From contig MU058584.1 in assembly GCA_013265495.1 (NCBI GenBank), forward strand, positions 6,910,407 through 6,974,406: 64,000 nt of DNA, read 5' to 3'. This DNA is from Vicugna vicugna. Taxonomy: Eukaryota. The notes under the pieces were generated by a model that ran no database searches, was not told where the DNA came from, and saw nothing but the letters and a program-made list of their open reading frames with translations. The translations under genes and the position numbers were made by a program. Below are positions 13,820-26,219 of the stretch, in pieces (within the stretch, counting starts at the first letter, position 1; each line of letters starts with the position of its first letter).

Positions 13820-13982
13820 ACTGAAGTCTGCAGCATAACCAAACGCCCAGATTTTACTGTCACCGGCCAATGGGAGGTAGTCACTCTGCGTGAAGGGAAG
13901 CAAGAGTCAGCCGTCTTTGATGCTGTCATGGTCTGCACTGGTTATCTCACTAACCCATACTTGCCATTGGACTGCTTTCCAG
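13820..13982 (+). CDS. FMO1: FMO1 coding exon 3
   Basis: ttcag acceptor, TEVCSITKRPDF...[22 protein letters not shown](G), donor GTATAG; 163 nt. Confidence 0.97.
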
Positions 13983-14561
13983 GTATAGAAACTGCCCCTA
14001 ATTTGTCTCATGGAGCCATCCTATTGGTCAGAAATTGGTCAGGAATTGGTCAGGAAACAAATTCCTATTGATTCCTCCATCAAATAGTTAAAGTTTTGAA
14101 GTAAGAGGGATTTTTTTCTAATCAGCACCATCTGGCCAGTTTTGGACTTTCATTTGTTTCAAACAACTTATGAGTGCTGAAGAGCAGAATGAATAACTAA
14201 TAGGAGTTTTATGCTTCACTGAAGTTCAACGTCCCTCCGTAAGTGCCTGGTAGCATTCAGAACATCTTCTAAGACATGGGAGGGCTAGACAAGTTACTAG
14301 CCTCAGCAGTAGGGCATTGCCAAAGCTGAGTTTAGAGACCACAAAGGTCAGTTAGTGGTTAAAGGAAAAGGTAACTTGATTTTTGTTCGTTTGTTTTCTA
14401 TGAGTCACAGCAATTAGCTAGATCAGAGGTTTACGGCACTGAGTTAATAATCAGCAGGAAGATAAGTCTTGGGAAGCAAGTTAAGACATCTTTGGGTCTC
14501 CGTTTCTTTTTCTTGCTTTTGCAGCCATGAGTCATGGTAATCTATGCCAAATATCAATCTA

Positions 14562-14740
14562 GGGGAGGGTATAGCTCAAGTGGTAGAGTACATGCTTAAC
14601 ATGCATAAGGTCTTAGGTTCAATCCTCAGTACCTCTTCTAAAGACAAACAAACAAATAAATAAACCTAATTACCCACCCCAAAAAGAAACTTTAAAAAAG
14701 AAAAGAAAGGAAACAGAACTTTAAAAAAAGGACAAAAAAA
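14562..14740 (+). mobile_element. Vic-1-like SINE
   Basis: GGGGAGGGTATAGCTCAAGTGGTAGAG...GGTTCAATCC (Pol III A/B boxes), taaacctaattacc and A-rich tail. Confidence 0.92.
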
Positions 14741-17303
14741 AATTTTTAAGTTCTCTTTAAAAAATTATATCACTTGGATGACAACTCAAAGGAAATAGTA
14801 AATTCAATGGTTTGGTTTATTTCATCTGCAGTAAAGGATTCAAAAAGTCAAAATTTTAGGCAATTTTTCTCTGAATCACTTAAACATGACCTGTAGTAAT
14901 CCCAAGGCTCAGCTCACAATAAATTCACGCACCTCCTTTGTGGGCCCCCAGAGGTTAGTCACGTCGGGTCAAGTTAAGATATAGCATATCCTGAAAACTG
15001 CCATAGAACAGAATCATTGAATTGGGAAGCAGCTCAGTCTTCTTCCAGTTGCAGGAAACTCCCCATCATCCCTGAGAGAGACTCAACAGCCTCTGCTGGA
15101 ACACATCCAACAATGAACTCCTCCCACCCCACCAATTTCTTTCCTGTGGAGAAAATCCCTGAGCAGGAAAGCTACTCCAAACTCCCAGCAAGGACTGCCT
15201 GGTACAGGATCACTCCAAGAATCCAGAGAATTTCATGACAGATAGAGTACACTGCACAAGGTGCTAGAATACTAAGGAGGAAGAGACAACACAGAGCTGC
15301 TTAGAAGGAATGAAAAGAGTTTTATACACGTCCATTGGAGGAATCACAGTCTACATATGACCAGGAGTGATTCCAATACCCATTTTACAACAAACTCATG
15401 TACTTCTAATTGTCCTGGACCTGACCCCCATAAGCCACTCAAGTCAGGTCAGACTAGGATAAAGCATAGCCTGAAAGCAACGGACTCAATGTGCTCAGTT
15501 TAAATAAAATGAGCTTGGGACCTAGGAGGTATAGACTCCAGGCTATACAATTAACAAGCTATATGATCTTAGGCTTTCCACTTAACTTTTCTAAGCCTCT
15601 GTTTTTCTTCTTATAAAATTGAGGGCTTTGGACCACCTTCCCTAATGGCATACATCACACATCAAGGAAACAGAGCTCTACAGTACTCGTGATTCTTCTT
15701 AATACCCATCTTACCAGCCACTACCAATTGTCCATTTAAAACCCCTGGATAAATTATTTCTAAGAGCCTCTGAGCACTAAAACTTTATGGCTTTTGATTT
15801 GAAATGCAGTCCTCCATATCTCACCATCTTCCTCTGCCCCATAGCAGACTTGCTTAGTCTGTAAGCGCTCCCGAGGGCAGTTGTTAACTGTTAACAAAAA
15901 ATTTAATTCATTGAAGTTATTCAAAAACGCATGTCATGAGTTCTAGAGGCAATTCCAAAGATGTTCCAAAAACTCATAGTAAAAACAATAGGTATTACAG
16001 CAGGAATAAATCTATAACTTCCCAAGATAACTCATTTTATTCATTCAGGTAATATATACATTCTGCTGTGTTTTCTAACACAACCACTTCACCTAGTGAA
16101 AGTTCTTGCTCTGTCCTCCTGTAATATAAGTGGGGAAAGTGTTAGTCTGATAGAAGACTCAGCCACAGAGTCTCATTTCTTGTCCATTTGTGATCCAAAA
16201 CAGCCTGATCCAGAGAGGATATAAAATAATCTAACATTCAGGGATAATTCTATGATTCTCATTAAACTCGGCCAGCTCTCCCCTGTTGGCAGCTCTTGGA
16301 TCTATGTTGGGTCTCTGAGCTGAGTCAGGATTTGAACTCAGTTGCATCATTGTTAAATTCTAAATGATCTAGATTGTAATTGAGTTTTACCAGGAATTCA
16401 GGTGAGATTTCTGATGGTTTAAGGTGAAAGTGAAGGAAAAAACTACAAGGCTTTGGTAAGGCTACTTGCCACAGCATCCATACTTACCCCCTGAGAATCT
16501 AGATGTCTTATCACTTTAAAAAAAAAAAAAGATTCTTTGTACAGCACGTATTGCTTCTGATTGTGTTATGCAATCTTGAGAGTATTTACCAATACTCTCC
16601 CTTAGTATTTGATGTTTCAATGAGATTTGGCATCAACTGTCTGAGATAGCCTATCTGCTGAAACAGTATCTCTAATCCCGGTATAACTAACATAATCCCT
16701 TTTTCTCTGAGCCAACTGACTGACAGCAAATTCAGCCTGAGTTACCACGTCACCAAGGTGAACTGTCAGTGAACTGCCCCAAACCATGAGGATCTTTTCT
16801 AATAGAACCACATTTTTATTTCTCTGATTTCCCATATTACCTAGTACAGTGCCCGGCACATAACAGGTATCCAAAAAAGTTTTCAGAATAGGGCACAGGC
16901 ACATAGTAAACTTTAACTTCTCTGCTGTTGCTCTTTGCTTGTGAAAAGTTCTATGTAGATCAAATATTAGCAAATAGAATATTTCTGTCCCATTGATTTC
17001 CATCAAACTTTAAAAGGTAGTGACTTCTTACACTTTAGCTTAAAAGTCTTTATGCCATGATGGTTTAACTTAGTAATAATCTAGTAAGTTACACTATCTA
17101 GTGAGATGGAGTAAGTAACTTTATTAAATAAATAATCACTCACTAGTATCTGTTTCTTGTAAAAATCATGTATTCATATTTCAGATTTTCTCAGAATTGA
17201 CTATGCTATTGAAAACAACCTAAATCATATTAACTGAGTAATATCTATGTTTTCTTCATTGGTATTGTAAATTCTCTATTTGACTTCTTATTTTTTTCCA
17301 CAG

Positions 17304-17446
17304 GTATAAATAATTTTAAAGGCCAGTACTTTCATAGTCGACAGTATAAACACCCAGATATATTTAAGGACAAGAGAGTTCTTGTGGTTGGAATGGGAAA
17401 TTCTGGCACAGACATTGCCGTGGAGGCCAGCCACCTGGCAAAGAAG
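17304..17446 (+). CDS. FMO1: FMO1 coding exon 4 (FxGxxxHxxxY fingerprint and NADPH-binding GxGxxG)
   Basis: cacag acceptor, (G)[47 protein letters not shown], donor GTACCA; 143 nt; not in the ORF track. Confidence 0.97.
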
Positions 17447-17457
17447 GTACCATTCTT

Positions 17458-17597
17458 TTGTTTTTGTTTTTAAATTCTTGAGGGGCTGGTAATAAGGTTT
17501 ATTTATTTACTTTTTTGGATGGAGATATTGGGGATTGAACCCAGGACCTTATGCATGCTAAGCACATGCTCTACCACTGAGCTATACCCTTTCCACC
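17458..17597 (-). mobile_element. Vic-1-like SINE inserted at the FMO1 exon 4 donor
   Basis: ggggattgaacccaggacc..tgcatgctaagcacatgctctaccactgagctataccc; 16-bp TSD aga(a/c)ggtaccattctt. Confidence 0.92.
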
Positions 17598-17964
17598 AGA
17601 CGGTACCATTCTTGATGTTACTTACAGAAGAGTTTTATCTTAAGACACATGCCTCAGGCAAACAGTATTTGACACCATGGTAAATGATGAATGGAAAAAA
17701 AAAATCCTTCAACACACATACATACATGAGACAGATTTTTTTACAGACTTTTTCCCTTGAATGTTCATAAATGTTCCTGTGAATTCCAGGTGTCATCTTT
17801 CCTGTGAATCCAACTTCTCTGACTTCCTACTTTTGTCATTTTCTTAGTCAAAAAGAGCTATAGGAGGCATTTTCTTTAATCAAATAGAAGATTCTTTAAA
17901 TTCAATAGTACTTGACAATTTTCAAAAGTTTCACACAGATGATTTCATATAACCTCATAATAAC

Positions 17965-18590
17965 TCTTTTTTCTCCTACCCTATATTGCCCCTGCCCCCT
18001 TCCCTCTTCCCACTAGTGACCCCTAGTTTGTTCTCTACATCTATGAGTCTGCTTCTTTTTTTTTTATTATTCACTACTTTGTTGTGTTTTTTAGATTCCA
18101 CATAAAAGTGGTATCATACAGTATTTGTCTTTCTCTGACTTACTTCACTTGGCAGAATGCCCTCGAAGTCCATCCTTGCTGCTGCAAATGGCAAGATTTT
18201 CTTGTTTTTCATGGCTGAGTAGTAGTCCATTGTATGTATATACTACATCTTCCTTATCTATTCATCTCCTGATGGACAAGTAGGCTGCTTCCATACCTTG
18301 GCAATTATAAATAATGCTGCTGTGAACCCTTGGCTGCTTGTATCTTTTCAAATTAGTGTTTTTGTTTTTTTCAGACAGATACCCAGGGGTGGAATTGCTG
18401 GGTCATACAGAAGTTCTATTCTATTTTTTTAATGGAAGTACTAGGGATTGAATCCAGGACCTCGTGCGTGTACCCTACCACTGAGCTATTTCCCTCCCTC
18501 CTATTTTTAGTTTTTTGAGGAACTTCCATACTGTTTTCCACAGTGGCCACACCAATTTACATTCCCACCAACAGCGTACAAGGGTTCTCT
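17965..18590 (-). mobile_element. L1 3' fragment with nested SINE
   Basis: Antisense ORF2 end/3'UTR (ttagattccacat.., cccaggggtggaattgctgggtcata, acattcccaccaacag). Confidence 0.85.
18424..18500 (-). mobile_element. Short Vic-1-like SINE nested in L1
   Basis: gtactagggattgaatccaggacctcg...ctaccactgagcta. Confidence 0.8.
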
Positions 18591-18759
18591 TTTAAGGGAT
18601 GTCTGTTCCTTACTCAGTCCCATAGGTCAGAAAATTCTGGCAATTCTTTCTGGCTAAGACCTCCCTCTTGCTCCTCCCTTTTCTTATTAATTACCACCAC
18701 CCTTATCTGGTGCATAACACCTCACACTGAGGCTACTGCATTGCCCTCCAAATAATAAT

Positions 18760-18990
18760 TATAGAAACAGTTCATATTCACTGGGGTTTGCTTACTCTGT
18801 GCCAAGCCCTGCACTAAATGCTTTACTGCATTACCTCAACCAGTCATCAAAACAAGCCATAAAGTAGGTACTGTTAGTATCCTTGACTACAGATGAAGAA
18901 ATTGAGACTTAGGTTAGCTAGCTTGCCTAGAGGCATACCATTAGCGGGTAGTAAAGCCAGTCTTCCAAGTCTCTTTGATTCAAAGCACCT
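18760..18990 (-). mobile_element. MIR SINE
   Basis: acagatgaagaaattgagactt core and flanks. Confidence 0.65.
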
Positions 18991-20870
18991 GCCCCTAATT
19001 TCACCCTGCATCCCTGCACTCCTACCCCGTCCATCCTCCCACACATGACAATCCATCCAGACCCCCAACCATCAACAAACAGATCCTCTGAAAAGCTTGT
19101 TTTCATTATGATACTCGTGGTAAAAACTAACCCCCCCCTTCCCCAAAATAATAATAATAATAATAATAATAGTAAATTGCAGGTGTATTAGCCCTGCATT
19201 TTAGGATTCACCATAACCTGGCCCAAATCTGCCACTTTAATTCTACCCCCACTATTTTCCCACATGATCATCAACTGCAGGTTGACAGGTCTGCTCTGTG
19301 CCCCTTACAATTCCCAAGTCTCTGTTTTCCCCTTTGTTCTCTCTCTACCCCTCCCTCCCGCAGTGCCCTTTTCTCTCTAATTACAATTTACATTTACATT
19401 TCCCAGCCACCTCAACCCAACACAAAATGATCTCTCACTGGTATGAATTTATATAATAACTGTAATTTACACTCCTCAATTGGCAATTTTTAACTCTCAG
19501 TATTGCTAATTACCTTTTATAATATACATTTTCTTTCCAACTGTACTAACAACTCATTGAGAGCCACTTAACCAACAAATAAATATTAGTCGTTGACCTC
19601 TGTTATACGAAATGTTGTGTCAGGCACAAGGGATACACTGGATAACAGAACAACCAAATAAGATCTCTGTTATCATAGAGCACGGAGTCATGGGGAAAAC
19701 AGATGTTCACTGAGTAAGTGTAAGTAATTAGATCAATCATTGCAAGCATGAAAATAGCTATGAAGGAAAAAATTTGGGAGTGTGTAACTTTGATATTCCC
19801 TTCTGGAACTTTCAGAAATAAAGAACTCGATGACTGGTTGATTGATTTGGAGAGATTTAGTAATTTGGTGGAGTTAACCTGAAAGAAGAGAAAGGAAGTT
19901 CTAAAGCAAAAGTTAACACAGGTCCATCCACGATGGCACCATATGTGGGTAACATATTATCGCTGCTTCTCTAGCTGTTTGGAAATTTCTTCAATCTGAA
20001 TACACACTTTGGCATACATCATTGCTACATCAGCAAAGAAACTCCCCTTGTTTCAGGACATAATTCGTATCTACCAAAATGTCATATCTGATTCTGCATC
20101 AAGAGAGGCAGGTGCAAATGTCAAAATCACCTATACGTTCATAGTTCTTGCCACCGTATTGCTCCATTATGTTATAAGGTCAAACAATATGTATAATAAA
20201 AACCACCATGCCCCAGTTTATTGGGAGAAAGATCATATATTAAATCAGTCATTTTGTATCTACAAAGCAACAGATTGGTTGACTAAATTTTTCCATTTTT
20301 AAACAGTTATACAGAAAACTCCTTACTGTATAGGTACCAAAACAACTGTTAGCTTACTTAGTGAACTCGGTCAGCTGGTAAACTCAACTAGCCAGATAAT
20401 CTGTTTAAAAAAAAATCCACCAAACTAGTCGTATTACTGAATTTTACTGTCAGTTCTAACAATAGTTTGTGTTGAAACTTCGCAGACAACTTTCAACTGC
20501 AGCCCTGTTCTTCTTGCTTACAATTATTAACATACAGAGTTGTTATCACCTGTTCACTGTCTTCTCACATGAGACTCTGACCAAGGAGACTAATGGCCAG
20601 CAGCAATATAGCATTCACCATGGTGTCTAGCACTGAGCCTGGCAGAGAAGTGCTCAATTACATGTCCTAAGGCATTTTAATACTCTGGACACTCAAACCA
20701 TTTTCTCAAAAGAGTAACTTTAAAGTGGTTATTAGAGGAGCCAAAACTATCTATTTTGAGGATGGCAGACTTTTAGGTGCCTTTCAACAATTCATGAAAC
20801 ATCCTGAATCTCCGGCAGAGCCAGCCCTGTTCACTGTGTCAAACTGAGTGACCTGTTTGATTGCTTCCAG

Positions 20871-21070
20871 GTGTTCCTCAGCACCACCGGAGGGGCATGG
20901 GTGATCAGCCGGGTCTTTGACTCAGGGAACCCGTGGGACATGGTATTCATGACGCGATTTCAGAACATGTTCAGAAATTCTCTCCCAACTCCAATTGTAA
21001 ATTGGTTGATAGCGAAAAAGATGAACAGCTGGTTCAATCATGCAAATTATGGCCTAATACCGGAAGACAG
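20871..21070 (+). CDS. FMO1: FMO1 coding exon 5
   Basis: tccag acceptor, VFLSTTGGAWVISRVFDSGNPWDMVFMTRFQN...NHANYGLIPED(R), donor GTAAAT; 200 nt. Confidence 0.97.
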
Positions 21071-22808
21071 GTAAATATGGTGTGCCTGCCGAGGGCTCTT
21101 AGGGAGAAGGAGCCTCGATCCTTCCAGCAGCATCCAGCAGCATATTCAAACCAGGCGATAGCATAACAACATGACTGAATGTGAAGGAAAACTTCATATA
21201 AATTCCTTGATCATAATAGCTAACTGTTTCTGAGAGCTTGGTAAGTGAAATTATGAATTCACTTTGTCAACAGTCCTTTAAAGTAGTAAAATTTCCCTAT
21301 CACTGTGGGTACAGTGAGGCTTAGAGAAGTTCAGTCAGTTGGCCAAGCTCAGTTAGTAGTAAGTGAGTTCTGTGACCTTGGCAAGTTGCAGAATCTCAGC
21401 TGCAGCGATCGGAAAAGAATGACTTGTCTATGACTCTTTTGACAAAGGTGACACACTTGAATCCGACAGTTGCCCTTCATCATCTCTCTAGGGGCAGAGC
21501 CTTCTTCCCCTTGTCAAGATGACCTTGATTTCAGTCTATCCTGTCAGTTACAACCATCTATGACTTATCCCATTCACAAGGTCCAACAGTTTTACTCCCT
21601 CATTCGTTGAGTCTCTACTATGACATTCCATTACCAGGATGGCACCACAGCCTAGAGATCCTGCCTGGCCTTCCTCCAGAGTCCACTCTGGGCCAGCATG
21701 GCTCAGGTGGCACCAGGCCACCAGGGATGGCATGCAGCCCCCTTCCTGCCGCATGGTCTCTCCTCGGGGTCTCTCCATCCTTCTCTCATGTCCCTCCTCT
21801 CCGCCCGCTCTCCTGTGCCTGCTATTGTCTCCGTTTTTACCTCCTTCACTTCTTATCTACCCTTTTCTACTTCTTAACTCCAGGCCTCTCCAGGGTTTGA
21901 CTCTTTCCACCAGAGCTTTCTCTACCATAAGCTTTATCTAGCCTGGATGGCAGCTCATGGGACTATAAAGAGTTTTATTTAATCCCACAAACTGTAGAAA
22001 ATACAAAAGGGGCCTGGGGAATTGAAATCTCTTCTCCCTTAGATTTAGCTAATCCTTTATCATTTCCGAAGTTCTTACATATATACTATTTCATATGTTC
22101 TTCGTCCTGTTCAGTGAACTAAGGATGGCAAGTGTTAACGTCCCTGTTTTACAGATGAATAAAAGAAAGCCTAAGGGGGCCAAATGATGTTCCCAAGTTC
22201 TGTTAAGGACAAACATAAGTACACAAAGCCAGCCTTACTCCCTCCTGCTCTGGTGCTCATTCCGTTTTATCACGTTGTCTCTTTCTGTGCATTCACCATA
22301 AGCCAAAAATGGCTCAGCTTCTTTCAAATCATCTTGCAGAGTTTTGTTTTGTCATTCCAAAGGCATAGCCAGAAAAAGATAATTCTGCCCTTGTTCCTTT
22401 TAAACACATGCCTGCTTTCCTTGTACAATTGCTTCCTAGGAGGAGAGAGTTTCTAGCAGTTCTCAGCAGATCCAGAAGCCCCTGGTTTCCCTTGTGGTCC
22501 TTCAGCATTCGGCTATCTCTAAAATGACAGTGATGGCTGAAGGCTGAAATTCAGCAGGAGAAGCAGGAGCTAGAGAAAGTTCTGACTTCCTTCTTCTCAG
22601 GCTAGTAACTCTAGTAAATGGGACACACATTTCACCATCCTTCTTGGTCATTCATGAATCCCTTCCCACGGGGGTAACTTCTCCCACACCTGGCACCTCC
22701 TACCTCGTGGAGGGGAGAGTCCTAGAATGAAGAGGAGAAGGGAAGGAGGACGGAGGGCTGCTGCACTGTTCACTGGCAGATCTTGTCCCTGTTTGTGCTT
22801 TTGTTTAG

Positions 22809-23164
22809 GACACAGCTAAGAGAGCCTGTGCTAAATGATGAGCTCCCAGGCCGCATCATCACTGGGAAAGTGCTCATCAAGCCAAGCATAAAGTTGGTGA
22901 AGGAAAACTCTGTCGTATTTAACAACACCCCAAGGGAGGAGCCCATTGATATCATTGTCTTTGCCACTGGATACACCTTTGCTTTCCCCTTCCTTGACGA
23001 GACCGTAGTGAAAGTTGAAGACGGCCAGGCATCGCTGTACAAGTATGTCTTCCCTGCACATCTGCAGAAGCCAACCCTGGCTGTTATCGGCCTCATCAAA
23101 CCCTTGGGCTCCATAATACCCACAGGAGATACGCAAGCTCGATGGGTCGTTCAGGTCCTAAAAG
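22809..23164 (+). CDS. FMO1: FMO1 coding exon 6 (FATGY motif)
   Basis: tttag acceptor, TQLREPVLNDELPGRII...IIVFATGY...QARWVVQVLK(G), donor GTAAGT; 356 nt. Confidence 0.97.
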
Positions 23165-23696
23165 GTAAGTGCTTGAGAAATAGTAGGGCATATGTGTTCA
23201 GTCTGCCAAGTTATTTTGAATACTGGAAACTTTGAGATAATTCCCAACTCCTATCTACCAGAATCTTTAAAAGCAGATCCATCTGATTGTCTGAATTACA
23301 CTATTGTAATGAATCTGTGCCACTACCAGAACAAAAGATAAAATCATGGGTCAAAAAGTACCAGCTAGTGTCTACCTGCTATTTTGACTCAACCAACTGG
23401 CTCAATTAAAAGGTAAAAGTTCAATCAATTGAATGATGAAATTCAGCCAAAGCAGTTGTGAGGTTCTGTCATACGAACTAAGTAGTGCGATGACCCGATG
23501 CTTATCTATTCAGCCAGTGGCATTATCCCGAGGAGCACACCCTCCGTCCACTTAGGCTGCTAACATCTCTACCAGAAGAACTGATGAGTGGCTGGGCACT
23601 AGAAGTAAAAGACGAGCAGTAGTGAAGCATCTTTGCCGGCTAAGTAACCACTGAAATCTAAAGTTAAATTGCATTTTTTGTTTGTTTGCTTTATAG

Positions 23697-23769
23697 GTGT
23701 GAGTAAGTTGCCACCATCAAGCGTCATGATAGAGGAAGTTAATGTAAGAAAACAAAACAAGTCCAGCGG
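23697..23769 (+). CDS. FMO1: FMO1 coding exon 7
   Basis: tatag acceptor, (G)VSKLPPSSVMIEEVNVRKQNKSS(G), donor GTAAGT; 73 nt, phase-compatible with both neighbours. Confidence 0.93.
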
Positions 23770-24184
23770 GTAAGTTAACTAACATGCATTCTTTTTGGAT
23801 CAGAACTAAAACTAGTAAAGCAATAACAAAGACAGTGAGAGTTACACTGGAGAAAAAAGAAGCACCTGGAACTTAGAGAAAAAAAAAAAACTAGGCTAGC
23901 CTGTTTAAGGAGAGAGAAGGGAAAAGGAAACTGAGAATTAAATTGACAGTTAATGTCCCAAATCATCACTTTAGACCATGGTCATCTAGCACCATATGGA
24001 GTTTAGAATCTAAACCAAATATAATTAACCCTCATTTACCAGGTACACTCTTCTATACCTTAGCCACAATCAGCAAGCAAGAAGTTGTGTTTATACACTG
24101 TGACACCAGGAGGGCCTGCTCATTCATTTATTTCAACCAATCTGTGTTTATTCAGCTCCATTTTTATTCAGACGGCTACTCTAC

Positions 24185-24485
24185 AGCAGGAGTCAAACTA
24201 GGGCCTACGGGCCAAACCTGCTGACTGCCTGTTTTTCTCTTTTACATTTTTAAATTGTTGGAAAGAAGATTTGGGGATACGTGGAAATTATATGGAATTC
24301 AAATCTCAGTGGCCGTCAATAAACTTTTATTAGAACACAGCCACACTCACGATTTACATATTGTCTAAGGCTGCTTTTGCATTATAGCAGCAGAGTTGAA
24401 TAGTTGGGGTAGGGACCATAATACAGCCCTCGAAGCCTTAAGTATTTACCATCTGGCCTTTTACAGAATGCTTGTTGACCCCCTC
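24185..24485. mobile_element. MER58-like hAT MITE
   Basis: cag.agtcaaacta.ggcc.acgggccaaa ... tggccttttacagaa..ttgttgacccc. Confidence 0.75.
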
Positions 24486-25370
24486 TCTAGACGAGAGGTC
24501 TCCACATGTGCTCTGCTCTTTGGCTACCACTCAAGGGCCAGGGACAGTGGAAGGGAGATGGCCGGCGAGGAGGAAGTCTTGCCTTTCCCCCCAGCTCCTA
24601 ATCCTAAAACATCTCGGTTTTATCTGTTTTACTGATTACCTGTTTCAGACTCTGATATAAATTTTCACTTGAAAATAGAGTTTCTGTGGCAGAAAAAAGA
24701 AGTTTTAAGATCATGCATTTAAGAAACATCACTTCTCTCATTCACATATATTTCCAAATGTCAAGTGTTGTTCTAGCCTTGTCAAAGTGCTAACTCCCAA
24801 AACAATAAAAGCATTTTGGGTGTCTCTTCTTCATCCTCAACCTGGGATATGATTTGCTCTCCATTACGGCATTCTAGCATAACACAGATAATTGATTAGA
24901 ACTATGCAATGTAAAAGCTTTTGTCACGTAGGTCAGTCAATTATATTAGGGACTAATACCAGTATTCCAGGGAATTCCACCCTGTTGATTTCTGTGGCTT
25001 TTTACATGGTACAAATCTAGCAATAAATGAGTTTTCGAAAGATTTAGAAATAGTAAAATTATATAAAATCTTTTTTATTTTTGGAAACTGCTAATCATTT
25101 GACAATAGAACTAAAATAATACTAGATCCATTATTGGCATTTGGAGCACCATATGTACAGAGTATCTTTTCAAGGAATCCATCTTGTATTTAAAGAATAT
25201 TAAGTAATACAATAAGACATTAGACAGCCATGGGCACGGAGGGAAGAACACAGAAACTCGTCCAAATATTGCAGCATCATTGTTTACTTCTGGCACTTTT
25301 ACGTGTTCTAAGGTTATCATTATATAATCTTTTTGTCTTCCCCTTTCTCCCTAATCTTCATTTCATAAAG

Positions 25371-25713
25371 ATTTGGCTTGGATTACTGCAAAGCTTTACA
25401 ATCAGATTATATCACCTACATAGATGAACTCCTGACCTTTATTGGTGCAAAGCCCAACCTGCTCTCTCTGCTCCTGACGGATCCGCGCCTGGCTTTGACC
25501 ATCTTCTTTGGCCCGTGCACACCATACCAGTTCCGCCTGACTGGCCCAGGGAAATGGGAAGGAGCCAGAAATGCCATCATGACCCAGTGGGACCGAACAT
25601 TCAAGGTCACCAAAACTCGAGTTGTACGAGAGTCCTCATCTCCCTTTGAAAGCTTACTCAAACTCTTCAGCTTCCTGGCTTTGCTTGTGGCCATTTTCCT
25701 GATTTTCCTATAA
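25371..25713 (+). CDS. FMO1: FMO1 final coding exon (C-terminal membrane anchor)
   Basis: Polypyrimidine tract and aaag acceptor, [16 protein letters not shown]...[23 protein letters not shown]...[13 protein letters not shown] 25711-25713; joined CDS is 1599 nt = 532 aa. Confidence 0.97.
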
Positions 25714-26213
25714 ATGAAAGAGGACGTAAATGGCTTGTCAGATGCAAAGAATGGACGGACCGTGCTCTGGTTCCTCCATTGCAGCAGCATTGCCTTAAGA
25801 GCTATAAGCCATGTCTGAGCAGGGAAAGCAACACCCTGCCCCCGCCCCCAGCTGGCTCAAGGGCTACCAGTGGTTTTCCTGAGCCTCTCTCAGCTCCCAC
25901 TGCTTCTGATCCTAGAGGATTATAACCAAGATTTTTGTGCATTGCTGAAGATTCATGGGTCATTTTAGGGGAGTGGTCCCAGACAGCAATCTGAGCATTT
26001 AGACCTCTTTCCTATTTTCACATATCTTACCTAAAGCTTCCTGCTTGTCAAAAGATTTAGCTGTACTAAAACGGTGCTCTTATGGTATCAGATGATTAAA
26101 AGTAAAAAGAAAGATGAAAACTTAGAAATTGACTGTTTCAAGTGGTCTTTTATTCTCTTTTTGAGAGTTGGGGAAAAGATGAGGGCAAAGAGAGAAGGGG
26201 TGAGGAGTTTATT

Positions 26214-26219
26214 AATAAA
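26214..26219 (+). terminator. Candidate FMO1 polyadenylation signal
   Basis: AATAAA about 500 nt after the stop; alternative ATTAAA at 26095-26100. Confidence 0.4.

Noticed and set aside
14562..14635. tRNA gene (and similar copies)
   Set aside because: tRNA-like head continues into an AT-rich SINE tail, and several copies have TSDs; these are SINEs.
14440..15895. HNF1-like and nuclear-receptor-like motifs as an FMO1 intronic enhancer
   Set aside because: Short degenerate matches expected by chance; no conservation data available.
16617..17006. 129-aa minus-strand ORF
   Set aside because: Overlaps an L2-like tail, no recognisable domain or splice context.
19900..20300. Possible processed pseudogene or coding fragment
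   Set aside because: No recognisable protein, poly-A or TSD; would need BLASTX to revisit.
485..25713. FMO1 as a pseudogene
   Set aside because: All eight exons are GT-AG, phase-compatible and stop-free, and sum to 532 aa with FAD, NADPH, fingerprint and FATGY motifs intact.
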